64,000 bases of DNA, taken from contig NIVC01003749.1 of assembly GCA_002269645.1 (NCBI GenBank), positions 15,046 to 79,045 on the forward strand, read 5' to 3'. Source of the DNA: Macrostomum lignano (Eukaryota). Below, in pieces: positions 63,916 to 64,000 of this stretch; the stretch's first letter is position 1; the number at the start of each line of letters is the position of its first letter. Position numbers and translations under genes: made by a program. Under the pieces are notes generated by a model. It ran no database searches. It was not told the origin of the DNA and saw only the letters and a program-made list of their open reading frames with translations.

Positions 63916-64000
63916 ATTTAACGTTCAAAGATTCGTTCGCGTCGTTCTTTCGTTTTTGCCTCCCCTTAATCGTTGCTTGATTAGTAGGGCAGCGTTGCTA

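Overview
Animal genomic DNA with spliceosomal introns, very rich in tandem repeats. The look of the window (a different minisatellite in almost every intron, CORE-type SINEs, Ala/Ser-rich low-complexity proteins) suggests a free-living flatworm such as Macrostomum; this is inference only. Nine protein-coding loci could be assembled by hand. On + is an intronless, membrane-anchored FkbM-type methyltransferase. On - lie four consecutive genes: a GT32/DXD glycosyltransferase (1-bp frameshift), TMEM106 (3 exons), a 19-exon anoctamin/TMEM16 (about 1039 aa) and CCDC103 (2 exons). A central TE-rich block (about 40-48 kb) holds a CpG-eroded RLE-type non-LTR retrotransposon and a Tc1/mariner shell. Four + genes follow: a PWWP protein, an ENT(EMSY)-domain protein with no start codon of its own, and two tandem LAP1/LULL1 (TOR1AIP)-like paralogs, the second with a large acidic coding repeat. 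Most long ORFs in the supplied track are artefacts of satellites. The best leads are the methyltransferase+GT32 pair (candidate glycan methylation module), the start-less ENT exon (spliced-leader AUG or PWWP-ENT fusion), the sharply CpG-depleted retroelement block, and the LAP1 duplicates, both frameshifted at the arginine finger. No prokaryotic features, CRISPR arrays or intact tRNA/rRNA genes were seen.
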